Origin: Opitutales bacterium
GTDB taxonomy: Bacteria; Verrucomicrobiota; Verrucomicrobiia; Opitutales; UBA2987
Direction of reading: 5' to 3'
Assembly: GCA_965226885.1 (NCBI GenBank)
Contig: CBDDEL010000010.1
Coordinates: 192,001-256,000, forward strand
Length of the DNA stretch: 64,000 nucleotides
Position 1 is the first letter of the stretch. Each line of letters begins with the position of its first letter. Positions 51,303-62,467 of this stretch are shown piece after piece. Under the pieces are notes generated by a model that did not search any database, was not told where the DNA came from, and was given only the letters and a program-made list of their open reading frames with translations. The translations under genes were made by a program, and so were the position numbers.

Positions 51303-52102
51303 AGATCGTTTTCGTAGGCGGATACTTCGGTAAAGCGGCTATTCCCCCGTAGCAAACGCCCCAAACGCGGGTTGCGGTTGTTATAAACTTCCACCGCGTC
51401 CGCATCGGCATAACGTAGAAAGAGGACGCGGCGGTCTCGATCCTGTGAAAAATTACCGTCCGATTTGTGAAGCATCCAGCAATTGAAGATGAGGCATTGG
51501 CCGGGCTTCATGGCCATGGGCACAGCCTCGCTTTCATCGGGATCGTCTTGAATGGTCAACCGGCTCTTTTTCTCTTCCATCGATAATCCTGCGTGCAATC
51601 GCCCTTGCTTGTGGCTGCCGGGAATGATCCAGAGGCAGCCGTTGGACCGGTCGGCCGCATCGAAGGAAGTCAGGCAGCTTATGGCGTTGTAGGGGTCGAG
51701 TTCTCCATAGCCGTTGTCCTGATGCCAGTGGAAAGGTTTGTCGTTCCCTCGCATTTTGAAGGTTAATTGCGAAGTTACGCCTTTGAGGTCGGGTCCGATA
51801 ATCTGCCCGGCGATATCGACCAGCGGTCCTTCAAAATAATAATCCCTGACCATTTTTGAATGATGGTGGATATTGGGGAGCAGGGCATTCTCCAGCCATG
51901 TATGGCCGGGATCAAAATCTCCTTTTTCCGACCTCCAGGCATTCATGGCTTCGGATACCATGATCTCGAGGCCTTGAGGGGTTAATATTTCGTCGATCAG
52001 GAGATAGCCATTCTCCTCATAAAATGCCAGTTCCTCCCGCCTCAAGAGGCGAAAGTTAAAGTATGGGGCGAGGTTACTCGACTGAACTTGGGACGCTTTC
52101 AT
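51299..52102 (-). CDS. Phytanoyl-CoA dioxygenase (PhyH) family Fe(II)/2OG protein
   Basis: WHQD, NGCLWIIPGSH, LHKS...R motifs. Confidence 0.9.
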   Translation of the reverse strand: MKASQVQSSNLAPYFNFRLLRREELAFYEENGYLLIDEILTPQGLEIMVSEAMNAWRSEKGDFDPGHTWLENALLPNIHHHSKMVRDYYFEGPLVDIAGQIIGPDLKGVTSQLTFKMRGNDKPFHWHQDNGYGELDPYNAISCLTSFDAADRSNGCLWIIPGSHKQGRLHAGLSMEEKKSRLTIQDDPDESEAVPMAMKPGQCLIFNCWMLHKSDGNFSQDRDRRVLFLRYADADAVEVYNNRNPRLGRLLRGNSRFTEVSAYENDL

Positions 52103-52145
52103 ATTACTCCAATTGCATCCGGCCGGATTTGCGTGGGGAGACCCT

Positions 52146-54227
52146 TTACACCTCTTTTCCTATTTTATTCTGATGGATGACTTTTTGTTCGAAGTCCCGC
52201 TGCATTTCTTCGTAGTGGCTGAACTCTTCGCTGTGTATGCCCCTGCCGCCGGTGAGTGACCGCAGGGTTGTCGAGTAACGGTAAATTTCCATTTGGGGCA
52301 CCTGGGCATTGACGATCTGAAATCCATCCTTGGAGTCCATGCCCTGGATGCGGCCTCGGCGGGAAGAAATGTCGCCCATGACGTCCCCCAGGTTTTCTTC
52401 CGGGACTTTAATCTCGATATTGTAAATGGGCTCCAGGAGATAGGGTTTGGCACTCAAGAAAGCCTCCCGGAAGGCGTGTTTGCCGGCGATCTGGAAGGCG
52501 ACATCCTTGGAGTCGACGGGGTGCATTTTCCCATCGTAAAAATTGATCTTCAGGTCCACCACCCGAAAACCGGCCAAAATGCCCTCCGTGGCGGCGGAGT
52601 TGACGCCTTTTTCCACTGAGGGGACAAAAACCCTGTCCACATTCTGGCCGACGAGGGAATGGGTGAATTCCAGACCGGTATCCCGTGGTTTGGGTTCGAT
52701 GCGCATCCATACCTCGGCGAATTGCCCGGCCCCACCGGTTTGTTTTTTATGCCGGTATTTGGCCTCCCCGGGGGTGTGGATGGTCTCCCGGTAGGGAATC
52801 TTCGGCTCGATCAGCTCAATGGACACATTGAAGCGTCTTTTCAATTCGTCGATGATTACCTTTAGGTGCAGTTCCCCTTGACCGGAGAGAATGGTTTGCC
52901 CTATTTCGGGATCGGCGCGGTATTGAAAAGCGGGGTCCTCCTTGTGCAGGGTGGCCAGGCCGGTGGCGATTTTGTCTTCATCTCCCTTCGATTTGAGGAC
53001 CAGGGCGCCATGAATGTTGGGGTTCGGGTAATCGGCGCGTGGCAGATCGAGGATGTTTTTGGAATCGCAGAGGGTATCGCCGGTGTGGGTATTTTTCAAT
53101 TTGACAAAGGCGCCGATGTCGCCGCCGTGGAGCACTTCCACATTGGTCCGGTTATTGCCGTTCATGATAAAAATCTGCCCGACGCGCTCGGTCAAATTAT
53201 GGGTGCTGTTGTAAAGTTCGAGCCCGCTTTTGATGGTTCCGGAAAAGATACGAAAATAGGACAGGTCACCTACATGGGCCTCGCTGACAGTTTTGAATAC
53301 TTGTGCCACGGGTTTGGCCCCTTTGAGGTCCACTTCCACTTCGGCTTCGTTTTGGTCGCGGGCAACGGCCTTGCCGTGGTCGAGGGGGCTGTACCCGAAT
53401 TTGGCGATAAAATCCATCAAGCGGGCAACGCCGATGTTGGTCTCCCCTGCGGTTGCGAAAAGCGGGATGAATGACTCGTTTTTGACCGCTTCGTGCATGC
53501 CGGCCCGCATCTCGTCTTCCGACAGTCCGCCCTCATCGAAGAACTTCTCCAGCAGTGAATCGTCGGACTCCGCCACATACTCGATCAATTCCTGGTGGAG
53601 CTGCTCGACTTGATCGGCCCATTCTTCGGAGGGGTCCGATTCGGTGTATTTGCCGCTGCCGTTGGTTTGATAGGTGACCACCTTTCGCCTGAGTACATCG
53701 AGTGTTTGATTGAATCCGATGCCCGCATCGATGGGAACCGTCATGGGGAACACTTTTCTCCCGAACCGGCTTCTGATATCTTCCAGGACGGAGGCAAAAT
53801 CCGCATGCTCGCGGTCCAGTGCGTTGACAATCAAAATCCTGGGAATACCGCGTCGTTTGGTAAACTCCCACATCTGGCTGGCGCCAACCTCGACCCCCTG
53901 CCCGGCATGAACGACAACGAGGGCAAAATCGCTGATTTGGAGTGCGCCGAGTCCATCGCTCAAAAAATCCAGATAACCGGGGGTGTCGGCAAAATTCAAT
54001 TTTTTACCCAGCCACTCGGCATGAAGGAGGGAGGTGTGGATCGAAATCCGCCTCTTCTTCTCCTCCTCGTGATAATCGGAAACGGTGGTGCCGTTGAGTG
54101 TGCTGCCCAATCTGCCAATGACCCCGCTGCAAGCGAGCATGGATTCGGCGAGCATGGTTTTGCCCGAAGATCCATGGCCGACAATGGCAAAATTTCGCAA
54201 ATCTTCTGTTTTGTATTCCTTCTTCAA
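52146..54227 (-). CDS. fusA: Elongation factor G paralog (EF-G2-like)
   Basis: GHGSSGKT, DTPG, GQGELHL, KKQTGGAGQF and GDISSRRG motifs. Non-canonical G1 and NALD in G4. Not in a str operon. Confidence 0.88.
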   Translation of the reverse strand: MKKEYKTEDLRNFAIVGHGSSGKTMLAESMLACSGVIGRLGSTLNGTTVSDYHEEEKKRRISIHTSLLHAEWLGKKLNFADTPGYLDFLSDGLGALQISDFALVVVHAGQGVEVGASQMWEFTKRRGIPRILIVNALDREHADFASVLEDIRSRFGRKVFPMTVPIDAGIGFNQTLDVLRRKVVTYQTNGSGKYTESDPSEEWADQVEQLHQELIEYVAESDDSLLEKFFDEGGLSEDEMRAGMHEAVKNESFIPLFATAGETNIGVARLMDFIAKFGYSPLDHGKAVARDQNEAEVEVDLKGAKPVAQVFKTVSEAHVGDLSYFRIFSGTIKSGLELYNSTHNLTERVGQIFIMNGNNRTNVEVLHGGDIGAFVKLKNTHTGDTLCDSKNILDLPRADYPNPNIHGALVLKSKGDEDKIATGLATLHKEDPAFQYRADPEIGQTILSGQGELHLKVIIDELKRRFNVSIELIEPKIPYRETIHTPGEAKYRHKKQTGGAGQFAEVWMRIEPKPRDTGLEFTHSLVGQNVDRVFVPSVEKGVNSAATEGILAGFRVVDLKINFYDGKMHPVDSKDVAFQIAGKHAFREAFLSAKPYLLEPIYNIEIKVPEENLGDVMGDISSRRGRIQGMDSKDGFQIVNAQVPQMEIYRYSTTLRSLTGGRGIHSEEFSHYEEMQRDFEQKVIHQNKIGKEV

Positions 54228-54329
54228 ATCAATCCCTTGGGTTTCAGGAGACGGGTGTCAGGGCGCTGGTTTCCCAGATTCCGACTACTTTCTCCTGTAT
54301 TTTGTTTTCCGATACCAATTTTGCCTGGT

Positions 54330-54830
54330 TTAAGCAAAAACACGGTTTTTAAGAGGTTTTTTGTCCAGGCGGTCGGTGAAACTTAAAATTTTCGGCTGCA
54401 CGAGGCGTTCAAAATCTTTGTAGGGCAACTTGATCAAGTCCGTGTGCGAGCCAGCATTGAAGGCAATATCTTCGTCTTCAGTCAGGCTTTGAGCGACATA
54501 AACTTCCACCCCGTATAAATTGCCGAAAGGGGGCATCGCTCCCACTTCACAATCGGGAAATTTTTCTTTGAATTCGCTTTCCGAAGCCAGGTAAACATCA
54601 AATGTGCCCATGGCCAGGGCGAGCCGGTTGAAGTCGATATGGTAACTGGCCGGCAGCACTGCCATAGCCAGTTCGCCATTTACATTTACCATCACCGGTT
54701 TGGCCATTTCCCGCCCCGGGATATGCGTCATGGCAGCTATTTCCTGGGCGCTGAAAGAGGCCGAGTGGCTGATAACTACATATTTTACAGAATTTTCATC
54801 TAGGTATTTCCTCAGTTTTTTTATGACCAT
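54330..54830 (-). CDS. YbaK/EbsC family aminoacyl-tRNA deacylase
   Basis: MAKPV, FPDCEVGAMPPFG and FNAGSH motifs. Confidence 0.9.
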   Translation of the reverse strand: MVIKKLRKYLDENSVKYVVISHSASFSAQEIAAMTHIPGREMAKPVMVNVNGELAMAVLPASYHIDFNRLALAMGTFDVYLASESEFKEKFPDCEVGAMPPFGNLYGVEVYVAQSLTEDEDIAFNAGSHTDLIKLPYKDFERLVQPKILSFTDRLDKKPLKNRVFA

Positions 54831-55085
54831 AATTTCAAGTATTGGGTTGATGGGTATCGATTGTTCGTTGAGTGTTCAATCGGAAAAATTTCGAGCGGAC
54901 CGGCTACCGGTGCCCCGGTTGTCATACGCGAAGTATTCGGTCTTGGTATGCCGAATGAGGCCTGGTACGGCAGGCTCGTTCTCAATGGGATGATGTTTGC
55001 TCTCGCGACCACAAATAATGACAAGGAGAAATCATGTTGTCCGCCGCATCGGCGATGGCAAATTTTTTTTCTTTTTTTTCAAAAA

Positions 55086-56765
55086 TTAACCAATTAACCT
55101 TATATGGGTTTCGGCGGCATGATTTTGCAAATCCGGGTGGTCTTTTTCTTTCAATCGGATTCCATTGGATTCCATTTCGGAATTGTCTGAGAACATTTCT
55201 CGGGTCAGCAGCTTTTCTTTCAGGAAAATCAGTTCTGCCCACATTGGGCGGTCAAATTTCCAGATCAGGGCAAGCGTAACGGACGCAAAAAGCCCGATTC
55301 CAATGACGATTTCCGCAATCCACCCAGGAGAGCCCGGAGGTATGGCCCATTTTACGGGCTGGTAAAGAAGCGCCGCCACAGCGGATGCTATGAGGGGGAG
55401 ACAGAAAATTCTAGCCAACGATAATAAACTCCCTTTGCTAAAACCCAAGGCCAGCAACAGATTAATAATTGGGCAGATGATGTATACCAAACTGATGGCG
55501 ATAACGAATTCCCGGAGGCCGATTTGCACCGCTGGCAAGGTCAGCAGGAAAAACAAAATGCATTGGATAATACTGGCCAATAAAAGACGACGGAATTTCT
55601 TTTGTGAGTTCAGGTAGGACCCGGCGATGCTGCCGGAAGCCCGGAAAGCCATGCTCACAGCCAATATTTGCAAAAGGGGGATGGCCGACAGCCATTTGTC
55701 CGCATAAATGAGACGAACGAGAGGATCGGCCAGGGCGGAAATGAGCATGCTTACGGGTATCGCCAGCAAGGCCAGAACACGGCTGGCCCGCAGGAAAGCA
55801 TTCCGCTGCCTGGCCGGATCGAATTGGATTTTGCTTAATATTGGAAATAGAATGCCGGTTAAATTCTTGCTGATCAGCATGATGGATTGCACGGACAAGG
55901 AATAGGCAAAAAAATACAGCCCCACCGTTTTATTTTCGAAGAAGGCTCCCAATATGAGGTAATCTCCCCTGTTGACGATCTTGCCGAATATGGCCGTGAT
56001 TAAAATAAGGACCGACAGTCGAAAAATCGATCGCCAATGCGAAAATTCAAACCGCCAATGAATGGGCGGGCGCACCAGCAGGTATAATGTCAGGGCGCGC
56101 AATGGGCTTATGATGAGCAAGGGTAGGACGAAACTGTAGGCCCCAAAACCAGCCCACGCAAACAGGACTGACAGGGCCATTCTGCCAACCAGGAATGACA
56201 CATTGAACAAAGCCAAGGTTCGGAACTTCAAATCTATCGATAAACGCGCTCTGGAAACCGTCCCCATAGCCTGGAAAGGAGTAGCCATCGCCATAACAAT
56301 GAGCATGCCTACCAACTCCGGGCTGTTCCACAAACGGGTCGCCAAGGGGGCGCACAGCAGCATGATCCCGGATGCCGCCAGGCCCGTGAAAACGGAATAC
56401 CAGAATCCGGCGTTGGCATAGCGGTTGTATTCATCCTGCCTGGTAACAAGGAATATATTCAATCCGGTGGTCTGCACGATTTTGGCGAAACCCTGAATTG
56501 AATAGGCCAGTCCTATGATGCCGAAGTGCTCCGGCTCCAGCAACCAAGCTAGGGTAATTTGGGTGGCTAACCCAGCCACCCGCGTCACCGTCGCCCTGCT
56601 CAGCATCCACATGAACCCTTGCATGGTACGTTGCGTGAGCGAGAGGGTAGGTGCCGCAGCGGGCGAACCCTGGTTTTCCTTTTCCTGTTGCAAAGATGAC
56701 CCTTGGATAAGAATGCGATTATTTTTTTTCGGCAGTGGGGTGATTTCCGATCCTGTTTGTTTCAA
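55086..56765 (-). CDS. Polysaccharide flippase (Wzx/PST family)
   Basis: LAWLLEPEHFG, DYLILGAFF...VGLY, LFPILSKIQ, YADKW motifs; multiple TMs. Start uncertain. Confidence 0.85.
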   Translation of the reverse strand: MKQTGSEITPLPKKNNRILIQGSSLQQEKENQGSPAAAPTLSLTQRTMQGFMWMLSRATVTRVAGLATQITLAWLLEPEHFGIIGLAYSIQGFAKIVQTTGLNIFLVTRQDEYNRYANAGFWYSVFTGLAASGIMLLCAPLATRLWNSPELVGMLIVMAMATPFQAMGTVSRARLSIDLKFRTLALFNVSFLVGRMALSVLFAWAGFGAYSFVLPLLIISPLRALTLYLLVRPPIHWRFEFSHWRSIFRLSVLILITAIFGKIVNRGDYLILGAFFENKTVGLYFFAYSLSVQSIMLISKNLTGILFPILSKIQFDPARQRNAFLRASRVLALLAIPVSMLISALADPLVRLIYADKWLSAIPLLQILAVSMAFRASGSIAGSYLNSQKKFRRLLLASIIQCILFFLLTLPAVQIGLREFVIAISLVYIICPIINLLLALGFSKGSLLSLARIFCLPLIASAVAALLYQPVKWAIPPGSPGWIAEIVIGIGLFASVTLALIWKFDRPMWAELIFLKEKLLTREMFSDNSEMESNGIRLKEKDHPDLQNHAAETHIRLIG

Positions 56766-56867
56766 ACCTCTAAACTTCTATAATGGGGTCAAAAAAAATT
56801 GCAATTGCAGATGCATAAAATCCCGATCATAGGTTGATATAAATAAGTATCTGCTTCATTTTCTATC

Positions 56868-57464
56868 ATGATCGATAAAACCAGACCCGAAGCTCTCGCC
56901 CTGCTTCATGAATACACGAAAGGAGTAAGTCTGATCAAACACGGCTTGGCGGTGGAAGCAGCCATGCGCTGGTACGCCCACCATTTTAAGTTGGACCAGG
57001 GAGAAGAGGAATTGTGGGGCTTGACCGGCCTTCTGCATGATTTCGATTACGAGCAAAATCCTTTTCTCGGTGATAATGGCCACCCCTACGTGGGCTGCCG
57101 GATTCTACGCCAGCAAGGCTACCCGGAGGTCATGATCGAAGCCATTCTGGGCCACGCCACCTATTCGGGAGTGCCGCGCAAGACCCAAATGGCCAAGGCG
57201 CTTTTTGCCTGCGATGAATTGACCGGCCTGCTTACAGCCTCAGCTCTGGTCAGACCGGACAAGTCCCTGCACTCGTTAAAGTTGAAATCGGTTAAGAAGA
57301 AATTCAAAGACAAGGCCTTCGCCAAAACGATCAATCGGGAGGACATCCGCATCGGGGCCGAGGAGCTGGGCATTGAACTCGGCCCGCACATCGAAAACGT
57401 AATCGCGGGAATGCAAACCATCGCAGCCGACCTCGGACTGAACGGAAAAGAGGCCGCCAAATAA
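56868..57464 (+). CDS. HD-domain (HDIG) metal-dependent phosphohydrolase
   Basis: KHGLAVE, GLLHDFDYE, AILGH and CDELTG motifs. Confidence 0.9.
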   Translation: MIDKTRPEALALLHEYTKGVSLIKHGLAVEAAMRWYAHHFKLDQGEEELWGLTGLLHDFDYEQNPFLGDNGHPYVGCRILRQQGYPEVMIEAILGHATYSGVPRKTQMAKALFACDELTGLLTASALVRPDKSLHSLKLKSVKKKFKDKAFAKTINREDIRIGAEELGIELGPHIENVIAGMQTIAADLGLNGKEAAK

Positions 57465-57486
57465 CAAGCTTTATTGCCCCGGACCC

Positions 57487-58921
57487 TCAGCGCCAGCCGC
57501 GTTGGCCGGTTAGGTCGCGATTGGGCGTGGGTTGAAATTCCTTGTCCGGCTCTCCTACCAATCCACCATTTTTGACCCATTTGAGATCGCTGCCGTAGAG
57601 GTTTTCCAGCAGCAGGCCACTCAATTGATCGAGGGTTGATTGGTGTTCCGCCTCGGAAGATAGGTCGCAGAGTTCGTGCGGGTCGTTTTGCAGGTCGAAT
57701 AGCTGGAGACGGTTGCCGATAGGATACCAAATCAACTTGAAGCGTTTATCGCGGACCATGCGCATGGAACGATCATCCTCGAAATGTTCGCAATAGAGGT
57801 GGTCCCGGCTGGAATCCGAGATTAAGGAATGCCCTTCAACCGTTTCTGGAATGGGTATATGGCAGAGGTCCAGGAGCGTCGGCATGACGTCCCTTAATTC
57901 CGAAAGACGATTGTCCGTGCGATGATGGCCGACCTCTGAATTATCCGCCGTGGGAATGAGGATCATGGGGATTCGGGCCGATCCCTCGTGCATGTTCGAC
58001 TTGGCCCATATGTTGTGATTGCCGAGCATGTCCCCGTGGTCGGAGACGAACATGATGACGGTATTGTCGAGAAGGCCCTCCTCCCGCAAGGTGCCGATCA
58101 AGAGCCGAATCTGGTGATCGATATAGGTACACTGGGCATAAAACCCCATGCGGGCCAGCTTGAGGTCCCGGTCATTTAAATGGGGCCGGCGGGCATTGTG
58201 TTTTTTCAAGGCGTAGGGAAGATTTTCCAGATCCCGGGCCCATTGGCCGATGAATGGATCGTCAACCCCGAGGTGGTAATACATGTCGAGGTAATCCTTG
58301 GGGGGGGGTGATCGGCGGATGCACCCCGATGTAGGAACAATACCAGAAAGCCGGGCGGGTGGGGTCGCGGCGTTTTATCGTAAAACACATCTCGCGGGTC
58401 GTCCAATTGGCCGGATGGCAGTGTTCGGGCAGGTGCCAGGGCCGCACGGTGTAGGTGTTGGTGCCCATGGCATGAGTCAATTCCTCCCCGGTAAATCCCT
58501 CCCTTTCGAGAAAGTATTCGAAGTCATCCTTGACCCCGCCGTGTTGGTGGCGGCCCTCTTCGCAGAGAATCACTTCATCGAAACCGATGCGGTTCCGTTG
58601 CGGATAAACATGGAGTTTCCCCACCGCATAGGCTTGATAGCCCGCCTCCCGAAAGACCTGCGGCATGGTCGGCAATTCAGGATCCATTTTCAATTGATTG
58701 TTGAACACGCGATCTCCGTGCGTCTTGGCGGTAGTTCCGGTCATCAAAGCCCTCCGGGCCGGAATGCAGGTGGGGGTGGATGTATAGGCCTGTGTGTAAA
58801 GAACGCCACAACGGGCCAATTCATCAAGGGTTGGCGTCATTATGTGCGAATGCCCGGCAATTCCCAGCAGGGAGCCCGGCCAATGGTCAACGCATATTAA
58901 TAAAACGTTAGGCTCACTCAT
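57487..58921 (-). pseudogene. Sulfatase split by a +1 frameshift in a C9 tract
   Basis: CIPARRALMTG and GKLH in the 5' ORF; SDHGD in the 3' ORF. Eight C's instead of nine at 58300-58308 would give ...ITPPKDYLDMYYHL... Confidence 0.85.
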
Positions 58922-59044
58922 GTGATGTTTCCCTTCCTTTGAGGAATTCAAAGTATTAGGGAATTAATTATGAATACCGGACAAGATAACCATGATCAAT
59001 AGTATAATCCTTCGATCTCTAGTGCGATTGTGTTCCGCCCTCGA

Positions 59045-61303
59045 TTAAAACCGGAAAGTCCAGGAGAGCTTGGTGCTGATTTCCGACGAAGATGGGTAGC
59101 CAACCGGCGTTGGACGTGTCCACTACCTGGTTGAAGACCAGGAAGAGGTCGTTGCCGGGCCTGATGGTCCAGCGAATGCGGCTGTTGAGCCCGAAGGTAT
59201 CCGAAACATTATCCCATTGGGTAACGATGTTCCAGGTAAGACTGGGTGAAAAGAGAATATTGAGATTCATGGTGGCGATGTTCACGTCGAAATTTCCATG
59301 AGGCAGCCGGATCATGTTTTTGCCGTATTCGGCCAGAAGGTTGAAATGAGGCGTTGGCCGCCAGCCGACCGTAGTGCCGATGTAGGTGCGGGATCCATCG
59401 TAAAAATCCCCGCCGGAAAAATTAACTGTGGCATTGAGGGAACGATGGTCGGAGGTGCCGGCATCGATAAAGAAGCGCCGAGTGCGGTAGTCTCCGGCCG
59501 GAATTACCACCCCGTCGGTAATTTCAAAAGATTCGAATATCTGTTCGCGTCCCAATTGCAGTGGAGAGGTGGCGAGCCAATCCTGGGAATTGCTTTCGAT
59601 GAAAATGTAGGGCAAATTCCACCAGGTGGAATCGACTTCCCCATTCAGGTTTATGGACAGGTTGTTAAATAATTCCAAATAGATGGAATCGAGAAAATCC
59701 GGCCTCCAGCGGCGGCCGATCCAGGCAATAGTGTCGTGCACACCGGTCTGGGCAATAAAACCGAGGGCGGGGTTGAAGTCCTTGCCGAATCGGCGGTAAA
59801 AAATGGCCCATTCCCATTTGTCGTTGGGGTATTCCAGGTTTATTCCCAGCGCGGTATCATCGCCATGTTCACCATCGGTAATAGATTTTTGCAAATAGAT
59901 GTTGCCCTGCAATGTCTGGCCAGACCCTCGAAAATCGGAATTTTTGTAGTTGAAATCCAATCCACCCAAAAAATGGCTGCCGTTGGTGTGCGGGTCGCCA
60001 CTGGTAAAAATCATGCCGACCGAGGATTCGTCGAGAATATTGAGCGAGGCCCGGCCGATCGACAGGGTTTTTGATTCCAGCGTATCCGTTTTCTCCACTT
60101 GCACACTGAGGAGGCCAGAAATTAACCGCTCCGGTGCGGCCGGTCACCTTGAGGCCGCCGATGATGTCTATGGGCCGGCCATCGGGACCCAGACCGATTT
60201 TTCGGGAGTGAAACGGCAGTGGATTTTGTTGAATGCCGCCGAATCGGAAAATGGTGGCATCCTGCAAAAAGAAATCCCTTTTCTCCGCGAAAAAAAGCGG
60301 AAAACGCGAAAGATTAACCCTTCTATCATCGATTTCCGCTTCCGCAAAATCGGTGTTCAAGGTGAGAGCGGCCGTAATGGCCGGGGTGATTTTGTAAAAG
60401 AGGTCAAAGCCTGATTTGAGGTCAAAATCATTGCTTCCGCCATTGGCGCTCTGGTGAATGCCTTTCATGGTGGCGTAGGGAATAAAATCCAGACCGAAGC
60501 CTTGATTGAGGCCGCTCAAATTTTGCAACTCTCCCGCCACGCCCATGGAGGATATGTTGCTGTTGCGGGAGGCCCCGGCCCACCGAACCGTTTCGTTTTT
60601 TCGCTGGATGGACCTTTCCACATTGAACCCCCAGGTGTCAATTTTCGGATCGAAACTGACCGATTTCATGGGAATCGCCATTTCCGCCGACCAGCCATGG
60701 TCATCAATGGAAGATTTCCCATACCAGATACCATCCCATTCCTCTTTGTAGCCTTCGTCCTCCAAATCGGCCGAAATAAGGCCGTCCCGCCGTGCTCCCA
60801 GCGGGTTGATTTGAAAATAATAGCCGTTGCGCTGATCGTGAAAGGTGTCCAGGGTCACACTAACCGAGTCTTCGGAACCCAGAAATACGTCCCGCTGCAT
60901 TTTTTTGGCCACGATGCGCTCCGGTTCGGAATCGTAAGCCCGGATGCCGACATAAAGAAAATTTGAATCGTATAAAAGCCGGATATAGGTTTCCTCCGTG
61001 GCATTTGAACATTCATCCGGCTCCTCCTGGGTAAAGTTGGAAATGAGGGGCGCATCCGACTATTCCCCATCGTCGAGAACTCCATCGATCTTGGGAGGCT
61101 GATCGGTTCTCGTCATCTTCAGACGAGGTTTCCCCCCCTCCATCCAGGATTTTTTGGCGATTTCTTCGGTGACAAAATCATCCGCCCATATGTCGGCGAT
61201 TCCATTGCCCGCAAAAAAGGCGAGTATTAAAATGAATTTACCGTGCGCCGGGAAACGGCATCCGGAAAATCCGGCTGTGTATTTTAGATGAAAACAATTT
61301 CAT
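59045..61303 (-). pseudogene. CBM9-like + DUF5916-type outer-membrane protein, multiply disrupted
   Basis: PPKIDGVLDDGE* (in-frame TAG at 61060-61062), LNTDFAEAEID and RFPLFFAEKRDFF motifs. Frameshifts at ~60117 and ~59095; terminal ...KLSWTFRF* in the shifted frame. 5' limit approximate. Confidence 0.8.
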
Positions 61304-61672
61304 GCAGGGGCGCTATTAATGGTTTCTCCTTATGGTTACCGGTTGCACAGTCCAGAGGTTACAAAATTCCAAGGTTTTTGTTTTTCCTCGTTACATTTTC
61401 CATTAAATCGGGATGAGGATTTTGTAGATTCCAGGCAGTTTTTGACTAATGAAAAGATCCTGACCGTCTTGTGCATAAATTATGCCAAAGAGATGATTAA
61501 ATGTGTATCACGCTATGAACAAACAAGATACGGAAAAGATCTCTTTCCAAGACTCCAATCCGTAAAAGAGGTGTTGCTATATCGGAACACTCCTCGTCCC
61601 GTTTATGGGACGATCGTCAGGCCCTCTTTAGCTCTCTCCACGGCCGGGAAAAATATCGGCATCCCGCGAGTG

Positions 61673-62467
61673 TCAATTTGCCGTTAGGGCGCGGGTCAAG
61701 TCATCGACATTGAAAACGTAACCGAAGTTTAAGGCGACCCTCCAGAGAGCGTTCTCCTTGCCCAGTTGCTGGCGGGCCGTTTCCTTGTTTTCCACGGCGG
61801 TGACAGCCTGTCTTAGGGCGGAGCACATGAGGCCGTGTTTTTTCATTTCGGCCATGCCGCCGGGACTGAGCAATAAGCACCAGTTAATGGCAAAACCAGC
61901 GTAAATCAGGTGGTTAATCTCGAACTCCTTGCACAGAGCGAACAATTGCCGGGCATTTTCCGCAATACCCTCTTCACCTTGGGGCCGGGCCTCTTTGGCA
62001 ACATCCAGATTTTTAAAACCGCTTTCGATATCCTCGATATTATGTGCACCTAGATCGTCTTTGAAGCGGCGAAGATTTTCCAGAATAGGGTCGCTGGCAA
62101 TTTGCTCGAATTTTTCCGATTCCGGCCCGGCCAGCCGCTGGGCTAGCTTATAACCCGCGAAATGGCGGTAGTGATCACCTTTTAATACTACATGAAACAG
62201 TTGCATTGGCGATGCCCGCACGGTCGAAAGCAGGGACGGAAAAACCTCGCGGCATATTTCCTGGGCGCGAATCAAGAATTCCGCTTTTCGGTACCAGCCG
62301 GGATATTGTTCAATGGTTCCGGCATCCCAGGCATGCATGACAACGAGAGCGGTATGCCGGGGGTCGATTTCCAAATCAGCGCAACGCCATCCCTGGAAGC
62401 CTTCGGCGGGAACGCCCAAGGAGTAGTCTGCATCAAATTGATTGTAAAAAAATGCGCGCAGTTTCAT
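61673..62467 (-). CDS. Isochorismatase-like cysteine hydrolase family protein
   Basis: TALVVMHAWD and LIYAGFAINWC motifs. ATG at 62467 overlaps the upstream stop. Confidence 0.65.
   Translation of the reverse strand: MKLRAFFYNQFDADYSLGVPAEGFQGWRCADLEIDPRHTALVVMHAWDAGTIEQYPGWYRKAEFLIRAQEICREVFPSLLSTVRASPMQLFHVVLKGDHYRHFAGYKLAQRLAGPESEKFEQIASDPILENLRRFKDDLGAHNIEDIESGFKNLDVAKEARPQGEEGIAENARQLFALCKEFEINHLIYAGFAINWCLLLSPGGMAEMKKHGLMCSALRQAVTAVENKETARQQLGKENALWRVALNFGYVFNVDDLTRALTAN

Noticed and set aside
61060..61062. In-frame TAG as stop-codon recoding (pyrrolysine or alternative code)
   Set aside because: TAG ends normal genes in this window and the same gene has frameshifts, so a nonsense mutation is simpler.
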